A stretch of DNA of 64,000 bases from Elusimicrobiota bacterium (lineage in GTDB: Bacteria > Elusimicrobiota > Elusimicrobia > UBA1565 > UBA9628), in assembly GCA_031423795.1 (NCBI GenBank), contig JANPGH010000122.1:5603-69602 (forward strand). The letters are read 5' to 3'. Below the pieces are notes generated by a model, which saw only the letters and a program-made list of their open reading frames with translations, searched no databases and was not told the origin of the DNA. Below are positions 45,800 to 56,209 of the stretch, in pieces (position 1 is the stretch's first letter; the number at the start of each line of letters is the position of its first letter). The position numbers and the translations under genes are program-made.

Positions 45800-47058
45800 C
45801 CCGCCCCTTCGACGTGGAACGAATGGCGCGCGAGGCCAAGGACGCTTCGCGTATGCTGGCCAAGACTCCGACGGCGGTTAAAAATCGCGCGCTGAAGAAG
45901 ATGGCCGCGGCGTTGCGTCGCCGTCGTCATTTGATCCTGGCGGCCAATGCCGTCGAGGTGGCGGCGGCGCGCGCGGCAGGGCATCCCGCCGCGTTCGTCG
46001 ATCGCCTCGCTTTGACGCCTGAGCGCTTGGAGGCGGTGGCGCGGGCCCTGGAACGCGTCGCCGTATTGCCCGACCCGGTCGGCGAGCTGACGGATTTCGC
46101 ACGCCGTCCCAACGGTCTCGTCATCCAGAAAATGCGCGTCCCGCTAGGGGTGGTCGCGATCATCTACGAGTCAAGGCCGGGCGTCACAGCCGACGCCGCT
46201 GGGTTATGCCTCAAGTCCGGCAACGCCGCGGTGCTGAGGGGCGGCAAGGAAGCCGTGCGCACGAACGCGCTCATCGCCGGCGCCCTGCGCGAAGGGCTGA
46301 GGGCCGCAGGCCTGCCGCGCGGCGCCATCGGTTTCGTCAACGACCCGGATCGAGCCGCGGTGCGGCGGATGTTGGCGTTAGACTCCTTTATCGACCTGGT
46401 AATTCCCCGCGGTGGACCGGAACTCACCGGGGCAGTGCGCCGGGAATCGATGATCCCGGTGCTCGCGCACGACAAGGGCCTAGTCCACGTTTATGTCGAC
46501 GCACGCGCCGATCTGCGCATGGCGCAAAACGTCGCCTTCAACGCCAAGGTCGAGCGCCCCGGCGTGTGCAACGCGATGGAAACGCTGCTCGTCCATCGGG
46601 CGGTGGCGAAGAAATTTTTGCCCACGATGGCCGAGCGTTTCGCGCAGGCCGGCGTGGAGCTGCGCGGGGATCCACGGACTCGCCGCCTCGTGCCTTGGGC
46701 TAAAAAGGCGGCGCCGGACGACTGGGACACGGAGTACCTCGACTTGATCTTGTCCATCAAGGTTGTCGACTCCGTCGAAGACGCTATCGCGCATATCGCG
46801 CGGCACGGATCGGGACTGGCCGAGTCCATCATCACCGAAAATCGGGCGACCGCTGAGCGGTTCATGCGCGAAGTCGACGCCGGCGCCGTCTACTGGAACG
46901 CGTCGACGCGCTTCACCGACGGCGGAGAATTCGGCCTGGGCGCCGAAATGGGGATTAGCACTCAGAAGCTCCATGCCCGCGGCCCCGTGGGGCTGGTCGG
47001 CCTAACGTGCGAGAAATTTATCGTCGCCGGCCGGGGCCAAACGCGCGATAGCCGTTGA
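45796..47058 (+). CDS. proA: Gamma-glutamyl phosphate reductase
   Basis: 420 aa. ESRPGVT, CNAMETLLVH. Confidence 0.95.
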   Translation: MTRPFDVERMAREAKDASRMLAKTPTAVKNRALKKMAAALRRRRHLILAANAVEVAAARAAGHPAAFVDRLALTPERLEAVARALERVAVLPDPVGELTDFARRPNGLVIQKMRVPLGVVAIIYESRPGVTADAAGLCLKSGNAAVLRGGKEAVRTNALIAGALREGLRAAGLPRGAIGFVNDPDRAAVRRMLALDSFIDLVIPRGGPELTGAVRRESMIPVLAHDKGLVHVYVDARADLRMAQNVAFNAKVERPGVCNAMETLLVHRAVAKKFLPTMAERFAQAGVELRGDPRTRRLVPWAKKAAPDDWDTEYLDLILSIKVVDSVEDAIAHIARHGSGLAESIITENRATAERFMREVDAGAVYWNASTRFTDGGEFGLGAEMGISTQKLHARGPVGLVGLTCEKFIVAGRGQTRDSR

Positions 47059-47660
47059 CCTCGTCTCTTCAAACGCTTTTCGATCCGCTGCGTGATGTGT
47101 CCCCGCACGAACGCCACCGGGTTCGATACGTATCTCCATCATTTTCGGCGAAAGTCTCGTGCACCCTGATTTCGACAAATATGTGCGCTATGCCGCCTCA
47201 AAAGGGATGCGGCCATGTTTATCGGTAAACCCGATCATGTTCACGTCGGAGAATCTCGAGAAATTACTGGATTGCGCACCGACGGGAATCCTGGTGGCCT
47301 TGGACGGCCATGATGGAATACTTGCGGCTCAAGACCCGCGTCCAGCTTTCGATGATCGATTTTTCGCTCAACAAAGAAAGTATCGCCGCGTTGAAAAATC
47401 ATTGGGAATCGGTCGCGGGAATCGATGAGTTCCTGTGCAAGCCCTTCATCACGTGGAACGGAGACGGGAGCGACGTCAACGCGGTTGCCGGCGTAAGATG
47501 GTGAACAATCGCGAGCTCAGCGAAAAAGGTTGGCAGGTCACTTGTCGCAAACCTTGGGAAGAAATCAGCGTCACTTGGGACGGAGCCGTGGTCGCCTGGA
47601 GAAGATGCGGGCGTTGAGGAAGGAATTTATCGACAACAAGGCCCGACGTTCGACAAACGA
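47059..47660 (+). pseudogene. Decayed radical-SAM/SPASM-like gene remnant, 5'-truncated with at least three frameshifts
   Basis: Fragments lie in different frames: FSIRCVMCPR (the first Cys of CxxxCxxC is lost); ISIIFGESLVHPDFDKYVRYAASKGMRPCLSVNPIMFTSENLEKLLDCAPTGILVALDGHD; MIDFSLNKESIAALKNHWESVAGIDEFLCKPFITWNG; CRKPWEEISVTWDGAVVA; LEKMRALRKEFI. Confidence 0.6.
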
Positions 47661-47921
47661 AGGGGTAAGGCCCCGGCGCTTTGATGCGCCGCGCATAACC
47701 TTTTTGGCCATCCAGCGGTCATCGGCGTCTAACAGCGCCCATGCCGCGGCGCAGTAAAAGATTCCGCCGATTCCGACCAGCGCGAAGAACTTCGGCCAGG
47801 GAAGCGCCATATCGTGGAATGGGAATATGACGCTCAAGAGCAACGCCGCGGCGATGGACGGACGCCATAGGGACTGCGAGAAAAAGCGGGAGAACGGCAC
47901 TTCCAGGATGCGGCGGCTCAC
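47571..47921 (-). CDS. Possible small membrane protein (uncertain)
   Basis: 116-aa track ORF. The first ~75 aa contain two hydrophobic helices. The 3' part overlaps the radical-SAM remnant. Confidence 0.3.
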   Translation of the reverse strand: MSRRILEVPFSRFFSQSLWRPSIAAALLLSVIFPFHDMALPWPKFFALVGIGGIFYCAAAWALLDADDRWMAKKVMRGASKRRGLTPSFVERRALLSINSFLNARIFSRRPRLRPK

Positions 47922-47968
47922 GGCTCTTAGGCCTTGACGCGGTTTTGCTGCGGGGGTAAGCTGAGGTT

Positions 47969-49027
47969 ATGGTCGAGAACTTGGAGCATCTTTTGCGTCG
48001 CGCCGCGTGCGACCCACGGGCTAGCCGCAAGGCCCTCTTTAAGGAATTGCTTAGGTCGGAGACCTACCTTTTGACCGTCGATGTGCCGTTATTGGAAGCC
48101 GAGACCAAGCGGATCACTCGCGCCGACGCTTCATTCCCGGTTTGGGCCGACAACGATCCCGAGCTTGGAGGCGTCTGGGTTCCAGTTTTCCCAGCGCGCG
48201 ATCGCGTGCGGGAATTCGTCGTGGCGCGACGGATTCGGGCGCCGAAAGGAAAGGAATTCCTTTGGATGGGGCATATGCCCGGGCAAGTGTTCTCACTGCT
48301 TCGGGGCGTGCGCCGATTTGCGGGGTTGAAACTTTATTTGGACCGCGACACGTACATTGAAATCACTTGGTCCGAGGCTCGCGCGTTGTCGGAGGGGCTT
48401 ATGCCCGATGACGGCCCTTCGCGCCATGAGTTGCCCATCGAGAGACTGGTAATTCCGGCCGGCGCCCGCCTGTCGTTGGGGCGGCTGAAACCCTGGGCGG
48501 GCGAGGAAAAGCCGGTTTTGATGACGCTTCCCGAGGCGGGGAAATTCCGCCCCGAGGACATTCGGCGCTTGGTGAGGATGCCTTTAGGCGAGGGCCGTTA
48601 CGCCTGGACGCCCTGCCGGCATTTTTTGCAAATCATGCACCGCTTAAAATTTCTCGGCGGCGTCAAATTCGACCGCTACATCGAGAACGTTCTTGCAGCA
48701 CAGCTCGCGTTCGAAATGTACGGCGAGGCCGAAGCCCTGTGCGAGTGGCTGTCCGCGCGCGGACATGAGAAGTTCTCGTTGACGGGCCTGGTGGCGGTGT
48801 ACGCACGGACAGGGCGCCTGGAAGATTGCGCCGAATTATGCCGCCGCAGTGTGGCGAAATATCCGTCCGAAAAATCCTTCTATGTCAATGGAATCCGGGC
48901 GCTCATCGCGCTCGGTCACCGCCAGGCAGCGGGACGCGCCGCCGAGGCTGCAGTTAGGCTCTTCCCCGCGGACGCCGACTTGGCAGAGATAACCCGAGAT
49001 CTTGCCGCGCCTGCCCTCAATCAGTAA
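47969..49027 (+). CDS. SseB-like N-terminal domain protein with a TPR-like C-terminus
   Basis: 352 aa. LEHLLRRAACDP...LFKELLRSETYLLTVD...GVWVPVFPARDRVREF pattern. The C-terminal helical repeats are (AQLAFEMYGEAEALCEWL..., AELCRRSVAKYP...). Confidence 0.55.
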   Translation: MVENLEHLLRRAACDPRASRKALFKELLRSETYLLTVDVPLLEAETKRITRADASFPVWADNDPELGGVWVPVFPARDRVREFVVARRIRAPKGKEFLWMGHMPGQVFSLLRGVRRFAGLKLYLDRDTYIEITWSEARALSEGLMPDDGPSRHELPIERLVIPAGARLSLGRLKPWAGEEKPVLMTLPEAGKFRPEDIRRLVRMPLGEGRYAWTPCRHFLQIMHRLKFLGGVKFDRYIENVLAAQLAFEMYGEAEALCEWLSARGHEKFSLTGLVAVYARTGRLEDCAELCRRSVAKYPSEKSFYVNGIRALIALGHRQAAGRAAEAAVRLFPADADLAEITRDLAAPALNQ

Positions 49028-51921
49028 GGGAATAGGTCGTCGACTTTTTTCTCTTCGAAATCCCCGAGAGCTTTCAGCCGTTCCATCCCGACGCGATCCC
49101 GCGGACCTAGGAGCCAAACCGTCATCGGTTTTCCCTTAAATCGAGCTGCAAACGTAACCAGATCGGTCATCGCGTACTTTCGGGCCTTTTCAAACCGGGC
49201 GGGCCGAGGATCCTCGGCGGGCAATCCCTCGTCCTCCCAATTCATCAACGTTCCGGGAATGGAGCGGAATTCGACTGGATTGGCGCGGTAGGATTCTTCG
49301 ATCGCCTTTGCCGCTTGGCTGAAGCGTTTCTCGGAGACAGGGAAATCCTGCAACAGCTTGAGCATCAGCTCAAGCGCCTCCGGCGTCTTGTCGGCTTGGC
49401 ACCCGAGGAATCCCCAAAGCTGAACCTCGTCGCCTTTGTCTGCGGACACGGTGTGGCCCCCGCCTGCCGAGTAGGCCAGCGAGCGGGCCTCGCGGATTTC
49501 CTGAAAAATGACCGAGCTCATGCCTCCACCCATGTATTGGGAATAAAACAGGGCGTCGACCACCCGCGTGAGGTCGAAAATACCGTCCTCGGATGATAAT
49601 CCGATTTGAGACTGGACCATGTCCCGGTTCGTGAACAGGAGGCGGCTGCGGGCGGGTTTTAGCAGGCGCAGCGGCGATTTCGCGGGAGGCGTTTTATAAT
49701 GGCGGCGGCTTTCCAAGAGTTTGGCGACCTCGGCGGGAGACCGCGGTCCGACGTAACCGATTCTACGCTCCCAATTCGGGAAGTTCTGGATCAATGACTT
49801 CAGCGCGGTCTCGTCGAGCTTCTTAAGCTCCTCGTTGTTGAGACGGCCCAATACCGGACTTTCACGTCCGCGCATCGCCAGGCTGCCGAGGGCGGCGTGC
49901 ACGGCGTCGGGATTTCTTTTCTCGTCCTCCCGATCGCCAAGAGTGACCTGGATCAGTTGCGGGAGAGTGTCGGTGGACACGTTGGGCCAATCGAAGCGCT
50001 GCGCCATTAGTTCCAGCGATGGCCAAAAGTTCCGATCCAGGCCTTGGAGAGTGACGGCGGAATCGTTTTCTCCGCAAGAGTAGAACAGGCTAGTGCCCAG
50101 GCCGTACAGTTTCTTCTTAAACTCGTCGGCGGAATACGGCCCCGCTCCCGAAAGTCCCAGCAGTTCCAACGCGTGGCACAGGCGCCGTTCTTGGCGCCAA
50201 CCGCGCTCGAAGCGTAACGTCAGCGAAAACAAGTCGTTGTACGGGTTTTTCGCCGCGTACAGGCGCCCGCCTTCGACGGGAAAGATCTGGTAATCCTTTC
50301 CGCGGACCAACCAGCGCGGTTCGATGGGGGCGACGTCTATCCCTAACAACTGCCGCATAAAAGTCGATTCGCGAGCCGGATCGATGTCCAAATGTGTGAA
50401 GCCGGGTTTGTCGATTTTTAGGATTTCAGGCTTGCCGTTGCGGCGGTAGACGACGATGCGGTCCGGGCCCAAATACTTGCGTGCGACTCGCATCACGTCT
50501 TCTTTCGTGACACCGCGCAGGCGGTCCAGTCGCGTTATCTCCCGCTCCCAAGGTTCGTTGGAGATGAACGAGGCGTCCATGACTGCGGCGCGCGCGTCGT
50601 TGGACTCCAACCGGCGCTTCTGAGAAATCTCGAAATCCGTGATCACCGCGGACAGGTCCGATTCGTCGAATTCGCCGTTCTTTAGTCCTTCCGCTGTCTC
50701 GAGCAGAAGTTTAAGCGCGTCCTCCGGAGTTTGCCCTTTTCGGGTCACCGCCCATAGGTACCACCCGCCCGCGTCGTTGAGCATCTCCGGGTAGGAACCG
50801 GCCACCTTGACGCGTTGAGCTTGATTTAAGCGCAAGTTGACCAAGCCAGAAACTGAGTTGTCCATTACCATGTCCATGACGGTTAAGGCGTCAGCGTCGG
50901 AGTGAGATTTCGGCACGGTCGGCCAGGCGACGACGACTTTTTCCTCATCCTCGTAGCGGACCTCATAATGTTCCTCGCCGACAGGCTTGGGCAGGGGCCA
51001 GGCCTGCGGAGCTGGCAGGGACTTAGGTTTCCAGGCGCCGAAAGACCGTGTAATCACGGTCAGCGCCCGCTCCGGGTTGAAGTCGCCAGACAGGACGATC
51101 GCCATGTTGTTTGGAACGTACCAGCGCTCGTAAAATTCCTGCATCGTTGTCAGGGAGGGATTTTTCAAGTGGGCGATGGTGCCGATCGTCGTCTGCGTCC
51201 CATACGGGTGCTTCTTGAAGAGCCGCCGTTCGACTTCTTCGCGGACAATCCACTCGGCATTGTCCATCGAGCGATTTTTTTCTTCGTAGACGGCCTCCAG
51301 CTCCCCTGGAAACAGTCGGAACACGGGGTGGGAAAAGCGCTCGGCTTCCATCGTCGCCCATTGCTCCAAACGGTTGGCGGGCAGGTCGACGACGTAAACC
51401 GTTTCTTCGTTGGAGGTGTGGGCGTTGAGTCCTGCGGCGCCGATCACGCGATAAAACTTGCCGATTTCATTGGGCACGGCAAGCGCGCCCACGGCGACGT
51501 TTTCCGCGTCGATAAGCGCGTCGATCTTGGCGCGGCCGGCAGAGTCGTCCATGAGCACGCGTTTGTCGTAGAGCTCCTTGATGCGCGCCAAGTGCGAGGC
51601 TTCCTTTTCATAATTGGTCGTGCCCAGGAGCGTCGTCCCTTTAAACAGCATATGCTCGAGGTAATGCGCCTGTCCCGTGGCGTCAGCCGGGTCGTTCTTC
51701 GATCCCGTACGAACGACGATGTGGGCGGTCATTCGAGGCTGGCCCTTGTTCGGACTCAGATACACCGTGAGTCCATTCGCGAGCCGGTGTATGGTTACGC
51801 CCATTGCGTCGTCGGGGAGAGGAGAAGTTATCGTTGCCGGTAGGATCGGGGCCGACGGCAGCGCTTTGGCGTTCGTCGATGTCGCGAGACTGAGGACGAG
51901 AATGGCGACGAGAAGTTTCAT
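49021..51921 (-). CDS. M16-family zinc peptidase, long four-domain form (966 aa)
   Basis: True start ATG at 51921 (MKLLVAILVLSLATSTNA signal) in an ATGA overlap with the upstream gene. Inverted zinc motif HYLEHMLFKGT. Confidence 0.9.
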   Translation of the reverse strand: MKLLVAILVLSLATSTNAKALPSAPILPATITSPLPDDAMGVTIHRLANGLTVYLSPNKGQPRMTAHIVVRTGSKNDPADATGQAHYLEHMLFKGTTLLGTTNYEKEASHLARIKELYDKRVLMDDSAGRAKIDALIDAENVAVGALAVPNEIGKFYRVIGAAGLNAHTSNEETVYVVDLPANRLEQWATMEAERFSHPVFRLFPGELEAVYEEKNRSMDNAEWIVREEVERRLFKKHPYGTQTTIGTIAHLKNPSLTTMQEFYERWYVPNNMAIVLSGDFNPERALTVITRSFGAWKPKSLPAPQAWPLPKPVGEEHYEVRYEDEEKVVVAWPTVPKSHSDADALTVMDMVMDNSVSGLVNLRLNQAQRVKVAGSYPEMLNDAGGWYLWAVTRKGQTPEDALKLLLETAEGLKNGEFDESDLSAVITDFEISQKRRLESNDARAAVMDASFISNEPWEREITRLDRLRGVTKEDVMRVARKYLGPDRIVVYRRNGKPEILKIDKPGFTHLDIDPARESTFMRQLLGIDVAPIEPRWLVRGKDYQIFPVEGGRLYAAKNPYNDLFSLTLRFERGWRQERRLCHALELLGLSGAGPYSADEFKKKLYGLGTSLFYSCGENDSAVTLQGLDRNFWPSLELMAQRFDWPNVSTDTLPQLIQVTLGDREDEKRNPDAVHAALGSLAMRGRESPVLGRLNNEELKKLDETALKSLIQNFPNWERRIGYVGPRSPAEVAKLLESRRHYKTPPAKSPLRLLKPARSRLLFTNRDMVQSQIGLSSEDGIFDLTRVVDALFYSQYMGGGMSSVIFQEIREARSLAYSAGGGHTVSADKGDEVQLWGFLGCQADKTPEALELMLKLLQDFPVSEKRFSQAAKAIEESYRANPVEFRSIPGTLMNWEDEGLPAEDPRPARFEKARKYAMTDLVTFAARFKGKPMTVWLLGPRDRVGMERLKALGDFEEKKVDDLFPY

Positions 51922-52997
51922 GGGATCTCCGGAGGTTTTATGATCGGCCCCGCTTGGACCGCGGACCAAGTGTAGTGATTTTGCGGATTCCACAAAATCC
52001 AACCGCGCACACCGAGCTCTTCGGCGGCACAAATCTGCGCGCGAACATGGGCGGGCGTGTACTTGATGCCGAGCGAGAAATCCTGAAAGTAGGGTCGGAG
52101 CTGTTCCGGTTTTCCGCCCAAGCGCTCGAGCGCGTCGATCACGCCTTGGCGGACGGTCAGGTAGGGCTGGCGATTTGGATTCTTCAATCCGTACTGCCCT
52201 TTCGAATAATGGGACGGATACATCATCGGCGATACAAAATCGACAAAGCCGGCCATTTGATCCAATCGTTGTCCGATTCCCATGCCGCTGTCGACGCTGG
52301 TCGTGAGACCGAACGTGTCGATCGAGAGTTTTACGCCCATCGCTTTGAGACGGTAGCGCGCGAGGGTGAGGAAGGCGCCCAAGGCGGCGCTGGCTGTGGC
52401 CGAGGAGTGATCGACGCGGCAGTAGCGGCATTGACGCGTCTTCCCGTCGGAAGGAAACCGGATATAGTCGAACTGGATTTCGTCAAAACCAGCTATGGCG
52501 GCGCGTGAGGCGATGTCGATTGCGTAGTCCCATATCTCGGTTTTGTAGGGGTCGACCCAGGCGGTGCCCTTGTCGTTGGCCCAAATGCTCCCATCCGGGA
52601 AGTGGACGGCGAGGTCCGGCCGCGCCCGGGCAAGATGGTCATCCTTAAAAATGGCAATTCGCGCGATCGTGTAGATCCCGTGCTCCTTGAAGTCCATCAC
52701 GACGCGGGGCAGGTCCGGTATCGCATTCATGAAGGCCTTCGTTTTAACGGCCAGGGGCACATCCTTGACGAAAACGTGGCCGTCGTAGTCCTTGAGCCCG
52801 ATGACGACCGCGTTGAAGCCGGCCTGTAACATCGCGTCGCGGAATTTTAAGCGACCTTTCGTCGACCCCGCGCTCCAACCCGTAAAATGAACACCGCGCA
52901 ACGTGGCGGTGGAAGCCGGGGCGGTTTCTTGCGCGTGGGGCAGGGCGGCCAAGAGCGACAGGAGGGTCAGCACCGCGAGCATCGATGCACGATACAA
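51918..52997 (-). CDS. Putative glycoside-hydrolase-like TIM-barrel protein (DUF4015-like), secreted
   Basis: 359 aa with a signal peptide. RGVHFTGWSAG...GFNAVVIGLKDYDGHV...GFDEIQFDYIRFP. Confidence 0.7.
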   Translation of the reverse strand: MYRASMLAVLTLLSLLAALPHAQETAPASTATLRGVHFTGWSAGSTKGRLKFRDAMLQAGFNAVVIGLKDYDGHVFVKDVPLAVKTKAFMNAIPDLPRVVMDFKEHGIYTIARIAIFKDDHLARARPDLAVHFPDGSIWANDKGTAWVDPYKTEIWDYAIDIASRAAIAGFDEIQFDYIRFPSDGKTRQCRYCRVDHSSATASAALGAFLTLARYRLKAMGVKLSIDTFGLTTSVDSGMGIGQRLDQMAGFVDFVSPMMYPSHYSKGQYGLKNPNRQPYLTVRQGVIDALERLGGKPEQLRPYFQDFSLGIKYTPAHVRAQICAAEELGVRGWILWNPQNHYTWSAVQAGPIIKPPEIP

Positions 52998-53010
52998 AAT
53001 CTGCGAGCGC

Positions 53011-53889
53011 TTAGCGCCGGAGGGCGAGGAAGAGGTCCCGCTGTTCGGAGCTTTCCCCGACTATTTCTTTGAACGGGGCGCGATGAAGATCTCCGTCTTG
53101 GGCGCTGTTGACGAGCTCACGTCGTTTCTCCAGGGACAACTCTCGGTAGGGAATATCGGGTTCACACAGGACGATTCGGGCATAACGCGGGGCCGTCGTT
53201 TCGGCGGTAAAGCTGCCCTCAATATTACGCGGTAAAACCACGAGATAACTTCCCGTACCATCGGTCATCGCGGTGCTCAGCGTGAATCCGTTGTCGCCTT
53301 TGAACGCGATGAGAACTTTGACGAGGGGTTCAAGGGTGAGGAGATCGTAGACCTTGCCGGACACGGCCCAGTGCGTCGCGGGATTGAATAGTAAAGCCGA
53401 ATTGTCCGGCTGGTTGAGGCCCGATCCGGCGGCTGTTGCGGGAGCGTTCCCGAAGGAGAGACTCGGGACGGTCGCTTCGTCGGTGCGGCGCGGCGTGTTG
53501 CCTGCGAAAGGGGTGGCCGCAATCCTTCGGCGTGCTGGCTCGGGCGAAGGTTGAGCGTCGCGGGCGCTCTGCATTGAGGAAGGAGGCTGCACCATATAAT
53601 TGCGCGGATTGGTCGCCTCTTCGGCGAAATGCGCCGCCTTGGACTTGGCCCACGAATAGACGCCGAACATCGGATGCCATAGGTGCCAGGATCCATAGAC
53701 GATCGCCGCGCCCGCCGCCAGGCCGACAATCAGATTTAAGCGACGTTTACGGCGTTTTTCCTCTTGAAGGCGGAGTTCCTCGTGGCTTTCGGTGATTTCG
53801 TCCTTGCTTCGGGGGCGCAGGCAAATGGGGCACGCCATGATTTCGTCGGCTAAAATCGTCTGACAGCCGGGACAAGTAAGTGTCTGCAC
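53011..53889 (-). CDS. Zinc-ribbon / single-TM / carboxypeptidase-regulatory-like domain protein
   Basis: 292 aa. CPGC...CPIC zinc ribbon, TM helix LIVGLAAGAAIVYGSW, and C-terminal VSGKVYD...TDGTGSYLVVLP. Confidence 0.6.
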   Translation of the reverse strand: MQTLTCPGCQTILADEIMACPICLRPRSKDEITESHEELRLQEEKRRKRRLNLIVGLAAGAAIVYGSWHLWHPMFGVYSWAKSKAAHFAEEATNPRNYMVQPPSSMQSARDAQPSPEPARRRIAATPFAGNTPRRTDEATVPSLSFGNAPATAAGSGLNQPDNSALLFNPATHWAVSGKVYDLLTLEPLVKVLIAFKGDNGFTLSTAMTDGTGSYLVVLPRNIEGSFTAETTAPRYARIVLCEPDIPYRELSLEKRRELVNSAQDGDLHRAPFKEIVGESSEQRDLFLALRR

Positions 53890-53942
53890 CTAAGCAAGGT
53901 TAACAGACCCTCAAGAGTAGCGCAAGCCGGGGTCATTTCATC

Positions 53943-53971
53943 TTGACTAAATTAGTCAGGAATGGTACATT
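53943..53971 (+). promoter_or_regulatory. Sigma70-like promoter of the suf operon (TTGACT, 17-nt spacer, TACATT)
   Basis: -35 element at 53943-53948 and -10 element at 53966-53971, 27 nt upstream of the sufB ATG. Confidence 0.5.
53944..53958 (+). promoter_or_regulatory. Perfect 7-1-7 palindrome TGACTAA-A-TTAGTCA; candidate Rrf2/IscR-type operator
   Basis: Overlaps the -35 element and spacer. TTGACTAAATTAGTCAG fits the YYGACTRWWWYAGTCRR core of the IscR type-1 consensus (quoted from memory). Confidence 0.5.
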
Positions 53972-53997
53972 GAATTGTAAAATGCGTCAGGAATCCA

Positions 53998-55437
53998 ATG
54001 GCTAATCAAGAAGTCAAAGATCTCGCCAATAAAGAGTACAAGTACGGATTTACGTCCGATGTCGAGGCCGATCAGATCCCCAAAGGGCTCGACGAGGATG
54101 TGGTCCGGCTGATTTCCAAAAAGAAGAACGAACCCGCCTTCATGCTGGAGTGGCGGCTCAAGGCCTATCGACATTGGCTGACGATGAAAGAGCCGACCTG
54201 GGCCGAGGTCCATTACCCCAAGATCGATTATAAAGGCATCATTTATTATTCGGCGCCGAAGCCAAAGAAAAAGCTCGCGTCGATGGACGAGGTGGATCCC
54301 GAGGTGCGGGCGACCTTCGAGAAGCTCGGAATCCCCCTCGAAGAGCAGAAAATGCTCTCGAACGTCGCGGTCGACGCGGTCTTCGATTCGGTGTCAGTGG
54401 CAACGACGTATAAGAAGACCTTGGCCGAGGCGGGCGTGATTTTTGGCTCATTTTCCGAGGCCGTGCACGAGCACCCTGAGCTCATCGAGAAGTATCTTGG
54501 ATCGGTCGTGCCATATACCGACAATTTCTTCGCCACGCTCAATTCGGCGGTGTTCTCCGACGGGTCCTTCTGCTACATCCCCAAAGGCGTCAAGTGTCCG
54601 ATGGAGTTGTCGACCTATTTCCGGATCAACGCCAAGGACACCGGACAATTCGAGCGGACCTTGATCGTCGCCGACGAAGGGGCCTCGGTTTCATATCTGG
54701 AAGGTTGCACGGCGCCGATGCGCGACGAAAACCAGCTCCACGCGGCGGTTGTCGAATTGGTGGCAATGGGGGACGCCTCGATCAAGTACTCGACGATCCA
54801 GAACTGGTACCCCGGCGACAAGAATGGCAAAGGCGGCATCTATAATTTCGTGACCAAGCGCGGTAAATGCGCAGGTCCGCGCTCGAAAATCTCTTGGACG
54901 CAAGTTGAAACGGGATCTGCGATCACCTGGAAATACCCTTCCTGCATTCTTTTGGGAGACGACTCCGTCGGGGAGTTTTATTCCGTCGCGCTGGCTAACC
55001 ACTACCAGCAGGCGGACACCGGCACGAAGATGATTCACATCGGCAAGAACACCCGCTCGACCATCGTGTCGAAGGGGATTTCCGCTGGCCATGGCCAGAA
55101 CGCTTACCGCGGCCAGGTTAAGATCGCCAAGTCGGCGGTCGGCGCGCGCAACCACTCGCAATGCGACAGCCTGCTGCTCGGCGACAAGTGCGGCGCGCAC
55201 ACGTTTCCGAATCTTGAGGTGCGCAACACCTCCTCGACGGTCGAGCACGAGGCGTCCACCTCCAAGATCGGCGAGGACCAGCTTTTTTACCTGCGCCAAC
55301 GCGGGATCTCGACGGAGGACGCCGTCGGTATGATCGTCAATGGATTCTGCAAGCAGGTTTTCAATGAGCTCCCGTTGGAGTTTGCCGTCGAGGCCCACAA
55401 GCTGATGAATATCTCACTGGAAGGAAGCGTCGGATAA
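53998..55437 (+). CDS. sufB: Fe-S cluster assembly protein SufB
   Basis: 479 aa with full-length family-typical sequence. Confidence 0.97.
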   Translation: MANQEVKDLANKEYKYGFTSDVEADQIPKGLDEDVVRLISKKKNEPAFMLEWRLKAYRHWLTMKEPTWAEVHYPKIDYKGIIYYSAPKPKKKLASMDEVDPEVRATFEKLGIPLEEQKMLSNVAVDAVFDSVSVATTYKKTLAEAGVIFGSFSEAVHEHPELIEKYLGSVVPYTDNFFATLNSAVFSDGSFCYIPKGVKCPMELSTYFRINAKDTGQFERTLIVADEGASVSYLEGCTAPMRDENQLHAAVVELVAMGDASIKYSTIQNWYPGDKNGKGGIYNFVTKRGKCAGPRSKISWTQVETGSAITWKYPSCILLGDDSVGEFYSVALANHYQQADTGTKMIHIGKNTRSTIVSKGISAGHGQNAYRGQVKIAKSAVGARNHSQCDSLLLGDKCGAHTFPNLEVRNTSSTVEHEASTSKIGEDQLFYLRQRGISTEDAVGMIVNGFCKQVFNELPLEFAVEAHKLMNISLEGSVG

Positions 55438-55444
55438 GGGAATA

Positions 55445-56205
<761 letters not shown>

Positions 56206-56209
<4 letters not shown>

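Noticed and set aside
47159-47757. Three short ORFs (89, 64, 75 aa) treated as independent genes
   Set aside because: They are better explained as frameshifted fragments of a single decayed radical-SAM gene.
50902-51843. 313-aa plus-strand ORF antisense to the M16 peptidase
   Set aside because: Shadow ORF. The minus strand carries the HYLEH peptidase with a signal peptide and operon coupling.
51922-52431. 170-codon N-terminal extension of the M16 peptidase ORF
   Set aside because: It overlaps the DUF4015-like gene out of frame. The internal ATG at 51921 gives a signal peptide and an ATGA overlap.
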